From positions 806,001 to 870,000 of the forward strand of contig LSRY02000002.1 of assembly GCA_001643675.2 (NCBI GenBank): a DNA stretch of 64,000 nucleotides. The letters are read 5' to 3'. Positions 59,231 through 64,000 of the stretch are shown piece by piece. This DNA comes from Monocercomonoides exilis PA203 (lineage: Eukaryota > Protista > Preaxostyla). A program made the position numbers and the translations under genes. The first letter of the stretch is position 1. Each line of letters begins with the position of its first letter. The notes beneath the pieces were generated by a model, which made no database searches, was not told the origin of the DNA, and saw nothing but the letters and a program-made list of their open reading frames with translations.

Positions 59231-60567
59231 TAATTATCAATCTTTTTGGATTCTTTCTTTCTCTTTTTTAGCAAAATTAAATATGAGGTGTATTTTTCTT
59301 TGAATAAATGCTTTTTTCTAGTCTTTTCTTTTAAAGATATCATAAATGAGTTCTAGTACACTTTATTCTTTTTCTTCCTTCTCATTCTCCTTTCCTTTTT
59401 TTTATCATTCCATTTCCCTTTTATTTTATTTTATTTTATTTTATTTTTTATAAAAACAGTCTTTTTCTTCAGTTATTTATTAACTTATCCCTTTGAATCT
59501 TCAGATAATTTGATTTCTTCTTTCCTTTCTTTTCCTTCTTTTCATTCTAACTTTGTTTTGGAATAACTTCCTCTGAGTTTGAATAATTCTCCTTCTGGCA
59601 AACATTCTTGTTATTTTCTCTCCATTCCTTCATATTTGATCTTTCTCACTTCTTTTTCGCTGTATAATTTATTTATTTATTTATTTTTTATTTTTCCCAA
59701 CAAGTCTCAATGCCTTTTTTCCCCTTCTCATCACTTGCTTCTCTTTCTTTCACAGAACATTTCCCCTCTAATTTGCGATTCATCTGAAAGAGGCAAATCT
59801 CTTTCTTCATTATTTATAGCTGTTTGTTTTATTTTCGCATTCATCAATTCTTTTTGGCTGACGTTTCTCCGAGCGTAATTTTTATTAAATTTAATTTTCT
59901 GTTTGCGTTTTTGATTGATTGATTGATTGATTGATTGCTATTTTTATGTTTACAATCTGTATTTCTTTTTAATTTGTCCATTTTCAAAGAAAATATTGTT
60001 AATTTTTGCTTTTTTTTATGATAAATAAGTTGTTGAGATTTGTTGAAAAAAAGTTGAAAAAAAAGAGATTTTCTTGTAATATAGAAATTAGCATAGGAAC
60101 CTCATACGCTTGAACAATTTATAATTTAAATAAAAAGAATCTCGCTTCTTGATAATTGGAATTGTAACCTTCATCTTATCACGCTCAAATGAAACATACA
60201 AAAAATAAGAATTTTTTTCTTTTTGTTTGACTGAATATTGAAAAGGGAAGTGAAAAAAAATAAGCATGAGCATTGAGGATATTTGGTGTTGAAGTGGGAA
60301 ATTTTGAGCAAAGCAGTCTCAATGCTTATGCAGGCTACGAGCATTTGAGAGTGAGAAAAGAGAGATTGAACTTTACTTGAAAGAAGACGTTGCAATACAT
60401 CGCAACACATTGTTTCATCCAATTGAAACGAAAAGAGAAAGAGAAAAAAAATATTTTGTCTTAAGTTGTAATCAAGCAAAGCAAGCCTCAGGAGAAAAAC
60501 GGAAGAGAGAAAGAGAAAGAGAGAGAAAGGAAAAGAAAAAATATTTCGACTATTTTAACTTGTTCAA

Positions 60568-62142
60568 CTAACCAACCGAGCCTTCCAAAACAACACCCAG
60601 CAGCTTTCTAGCTTCTGCAGCGAACTCAAGCGGCAGCAGCGACAGCACATCTTTTGCAAAGCCATTCACAATCATATTTACTGCATCGTCTGCATCGATG
60701 CCGCGCTGTGCACAGAAGAACAGCTGCTCCTCGCTGATCTTGCTCGTGCTGGCCTCGTGCTCATAGACTGCCTGTGGCTGCGAGCTCTCTGCCAGAGGGA
60801 ATGTGTGTGCCCCGCATTCGCTCCCAATCAGAAGCGAGTCGCATTTCGAGTGGCACTGCGCGCCCTTCGCACCGGCTGCAAACTTCACAATGCCTCTGTA
60901 CACGTTGTCGCTCTGTCCGGCGGATATCCCCTTCGACACAATGGTAGATGTCGTGTTCTTGCCAATGTGGATCATCTTCGTCCCCGTGTCTGCCTGCTGC
61001 CTGTTGTTCGTCACTGCCACGCTGTGGAACTCGCCCGAGCTGCCGTCCCCGCGGAGCACACACGACGGGTACTTCCACGTGATGGCTGATCCGGTCTCCA
61101 CTTGTGTCCACGTTATTCTGCTGTTTCGCCCTGCACACAGCCCTCTCTTTGTCACAAAGTTGTAGATGCCTCCTTTGCCTTCTTTGTCTCCAGGGTACCA
61201 GTTCTGCACAGTGGAGTACTTGATTGTCGCTTCATCCAGCGCCACAAGCTCCACAACAGCCGCATGCAGCTGATGTTCTGAACGTTTTGGTGCGGTGCAA
61301 CCTTCCAAATAAGACACAGTTGCTCCAACATCAGCAATCACTAATGTACGCTCGAATTGACCTGTGCCAGCACTATTGATACGAAAGTACGTTGACAAAT
61401 CAATGGGGCAGTGGGTGTATGGTGGAATGTAGCAGAATGAGCCATCAGAGAACACAGCAGAGTTCAGTGCAGAAAAGAAATTGTCCTCAACTGGAACGAC
61501 CGAGGCAAGATACTTCTTGATCAAGTCTGGATGCTCTGCAATAGCTTCAGATATTGAGCAGAAAATGATTCCAAGCTTAGCTAGCTCTTCTTTTTGTGTA
61601 GTAAAAACAGAAAGAGAATCCCACACAACGTCTACACTGACTCTCTCCAAAGTCTTTTGCTCATCAATTGGAATTCCAAGTTTATCCATTGTTTGACGAA
61701 TGTTAATGTCAACTTCATCAATTGTTTTGGGTTTATTAGATGCAACAGATTTTGGTGCTGAATAATAAACAAGATCTTCATAATTAACTGGAGGATAATC
61801 AAAATAAGCCCAATGAGGTTCTTTCATTTCTTTCCAAGCACGAAAAGCTCTCAGACGAAAATCGAGCATCCAATCTGGTTCGTGCTTTTTTGTAGAAATT
61901 TGTTTTATGATTGCTTCGTTTAGTCCACTTTCAACCATATCAACTTCATCAATCTTTGTTTCGAATCCAGGCTCATATGTGCTATTATCCAAACCAAACA
62001 CTTTTACAACTTCTTCTTTTCCTGTTGCTTGTTGTGGCTGGAGAAAAGGATTTGCTGCAGATAGTCCTTCGTCTAAATCGTCTGCAAGCGATAGAGGATC
62101 GAGTAGAATTCGAGAACTTGAAGGTTTAGATGAAGCAGTCAT
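60568..62142 (-). CDS. sufB: Fe-S cluster scaffold SufB, apparently intronless
   Basis: [38 protein letters not shown]...[75 protein letters not shown] and LPLEFAAEA. The start at 62142 is the first ATG; an upstream exon is not excluded. Confidence 0.97.
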   Translation of the reverse strand: MTASSKPSSSRILLDPLSLADDLDEGLSAANPFLQPQQATGKEEVVKVFGLDNSTYEPGFETKIDEVDMVESGLNEAIIKQISTKKHEPDWMLDFRLRAFRAWKEMKEPHWAYFDYPPVNYEDLVYYSAPKSVASNKPKTIDEVDINIRQTMDKLGIPIDEQKTLERVSVDVVWDSLSVFTTQKEELAKLGIIFCSISEAIAEHPDLIKKYLASVVPVEDNFFSALNSAVFSDGSFCYIPPYTHCPIDLSTYFRINSAGTGQFERTLVIADVGATVSYLEGCTAPKRSEHQLHAAVVELVALDEATIKYSTVQNWYPGDKEGKGGIYNFVTKRGLCAGRNSRITWTQVETGSAITWKYPSCVLRGDGSSGEFHSVAVTNNRQQADTGTKMIHIGKNTTSTIVSKGISAGQSDNVYRGIVKFAAGAKGAQCHSKCDSLLIGSECGAHTFPLAESSQPQAVYEHEASTSKISEEQLFFCAQRGIDADDAVNMIVNGFAKDVLSLLPLEFAAEARKLLGVVLEGSVG

Positions 62143-62402
62143 ATCAAATTTCAATGAATCAATTGTCTTTAAAATACAGAAAATAAATTGCATATATTAA
62201 ATTATATTGTAAAGATAAAATATAAATGCTGAATAACATTTGCAAACCACTGAAAAATCGAAATAACAATCCGATTTCTCCGCAAAAATATAATAAAGGG
62301 AAAGTTGTTTCATGTGAAAAGTATTACACCAGAATAATATTCAAATAGTGACTTTGTCAATTGAGTTGGTGCAACATGTGTTTTTGATATGAAAACCATT
62401 AA

Positions 62403-64000
62403 ATGTCAATTGATTCATCGATCAAAGAAGCAGCAAAGAAAGTTCTTTCTGCTCAAAATACAGAGATAGGAGGGATTGCCCGTCTGTATCAATTCAAAGG
62501 AGATAACTGGGCTTTCTCTGGCATATATGGAATTGTTGCAGTCTATGGAAAAGATGATATTCAATTTCTTGGAATTCTGAATCCCGAAATTTCAACTTAT
62601 CCACTCATATTTGAGTTTGAGTGTGTGGTGAAATTTAAGTTATTTCATTTTTCTCGAGTATTTTCAATCTGAACATATTTTCTTTTTCCAGGCTATCAGA
62701 ACATGAAACTTACAAGTTCAAATGATAACTTTCTTCATTTTTTTGTCGATGATTGCTGGATGGGATTACTTTTTGTTGAATCAAAAGAATGCAAATCATT
62801 TTTACAGTCGTTTAATTCATTCAAAACAAAGGCAAAAGGAGGATTTTTTAGCAAAATATTTGGAAAGAAAGAAGAGCTTGTTATTGGGGCTCCTACTGAT
62901 TTTAGTCAAGGCTTAGGTTTTTCATATCAATCACGATCACTACAAGGTATCAATCCAACTTTAAAAGAAGTTGCAAAATCAGGGGGTCTCACCGATGATG
63001 ATCTTCTAAATGATCAAGAATTAATGACATTTTTGATGAAGCTTTCGCAAAAATATAACAAAGATGACGACGTTCATGTCGAAGACGCAGAAAAGATGGC
63101 AGACTTGGTCGAGAAGTGTGAAAAGAAAAAAAGAGATAGATTACGATATCAAGCACCAGCAACAAATCCTTCACAGTCATCAATACCTGTTGCTCCTCCT
63201 TTGGGATCCGTTTCCTCTTCATCTTCCCCTTCTGCCAATTCTACTATTCCAGTTGCACCTCCACTTCCTGCTGCTGGAGCTGCGCCTGCTAAGCCTTCAT
63301 TTCCAATGCAGCAACCACCACAATCTTCTCCAAAGCAAACATCTTTCAATCCACAGCCAAAGGCAACCGGGTGGCAACGGCCCGGTAAGACAATGGGACA
63401 GGCACCAATTCTTCCTGCTCCCAGGCAATCAAGTGGATCGGTTCCTATTGCTCCTCCTCTTCCTGCGGCAGGTTCGGTTCCTGTGGCTCCTCCACTCTCT
63501 AGCGGATCTGTTCCAATAGCACCTCCTTTGCCAGCTGCAGGCTCCGTTCCTGTGGCTCCACCTTTACCAGCAGCAGGCTCAGTTCCGGTTGCGCCGCCTT
63601 TGCCAGCTGCTGGGTCCGTGCCTGTTGCGCCTCCTCTTCCTGCAGCAGGTTCAATTCCTGCTGCGCCTCCCGTTTCAAAGTCTTCTATTCCAACTGCTCC
63701 TGCTGTTAAAAGTTCTTCATCAAGTTCGTCATCTTCAAGGCATGAACCACATAAGCCAGAAGGCATTCCTACAGATGTTCATTCTAATTTCTTATCAGGA
63801 ATTCAGAACTTTGATCCAAAAAGATTAAAGAAAACAACTCCGAATCCGCGACCAAAAGTTGCACCAAAAGCTGGTGGAATGGGCGGAGGAATGGGAGGGG
63901 GCATGGGCGGTGGTCCAATGGGAGGTAACAGCGCACTTCTTGCTGCTCTTGCTCGTCGTCAACAGTGTGATTTAGCTTTTATAATTTTTTTCAAATTTTT
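62403..64000 (+). CDS. WASP-like actin nucleation-promoting factor (WH1, CRIB, Pro-rich, WH2); intron about 62623-62691; probably runs off the window
   Basis: WH1-like IARLYQF...WAFSGIYG...FLHFFVDDCWMGLLF; CRIB-like VIGAPTDFSQ; poly-Pro repeats; WH2-like SNFLSGIQNFDPKRLKKT. No stop codon before 64000. Confidence 0.8.
63438..63675 (+). repeat. Coding tandem repeat, about 7 copies of SVP(V/I)APPLPAAG (33-36 bp units)
   Basis: Translation in the WASP-like frame; units differ mostly at synonymous positions. Confidence 0.9.

Noticed and set aside
58641-59271. Lys/Arg-rich and Phe-rich ORFs of 199 and 181 aa
   Set aside because: They are translations of the (CTTTT)n microsatellite.
60088-60479. 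Small gene downstream of sufB
   Set aside because: Short low-complexity ORFs without a convincing start, splice model or homology.
60568-62142. Bacterial contamination as the source of sufB, sufC and the hydrogenase
   Set aside because: They are embedded among eukaryotic genes with matching composition, and sufC and the hydrogenase have spliceosomal introns.

Overview
Eukaryotic, AT-rich genomic DNA with short GT-AG introns and the standard genetic code (intact genes end in TAA, TAG or TGA). Nuclear bacterial-type sufC and sufB, a group B [FeFe]-hydrogenase and a giant beta-helix/TM/pseudokinase gene point to an anaerobic oxymonad such as Monocercomonoides (inferred from gene content). Two housekeeping blocks flank an accessory island of about 28 kb. 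The left block (1-10.4 kb) holds RRP6, sufC, an importin-alpha-like gene and a CCR4-family nuclease. The right block (38.2-64 kb) holds QNG1, a UBM-motif protein, a PMCA pump, a TDRD3/RMI1-like gene, the hydrogenase, CNNM, sufB and a WASP-like gene. The main result is in the island: three cargo-carrying, transposase-less DNA elements with TAGRCCT(T/G)TG(C/T)GACA-like terminal inverted repeats (TIRs), each bounded by an exact 8-bp target-site duplication (TSD), as in hAT elements. Element 1 is 22892-28306 (TSD ATTGTGAA) and splits a palindromic MITE. Element 2 is 28844-38009 (TSD TTTTTGTT). Element 3 is 29180-34490 (TSD ATTTCTTC), nested in element 2, and carries a truncated, decayed copy of the giant receptor gene family that is intact at 11637-19820. 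This suggests Pack-hAT-type gene capture as a route for spreading this family. Splice models and family assignments were made by eye; no searches were run.
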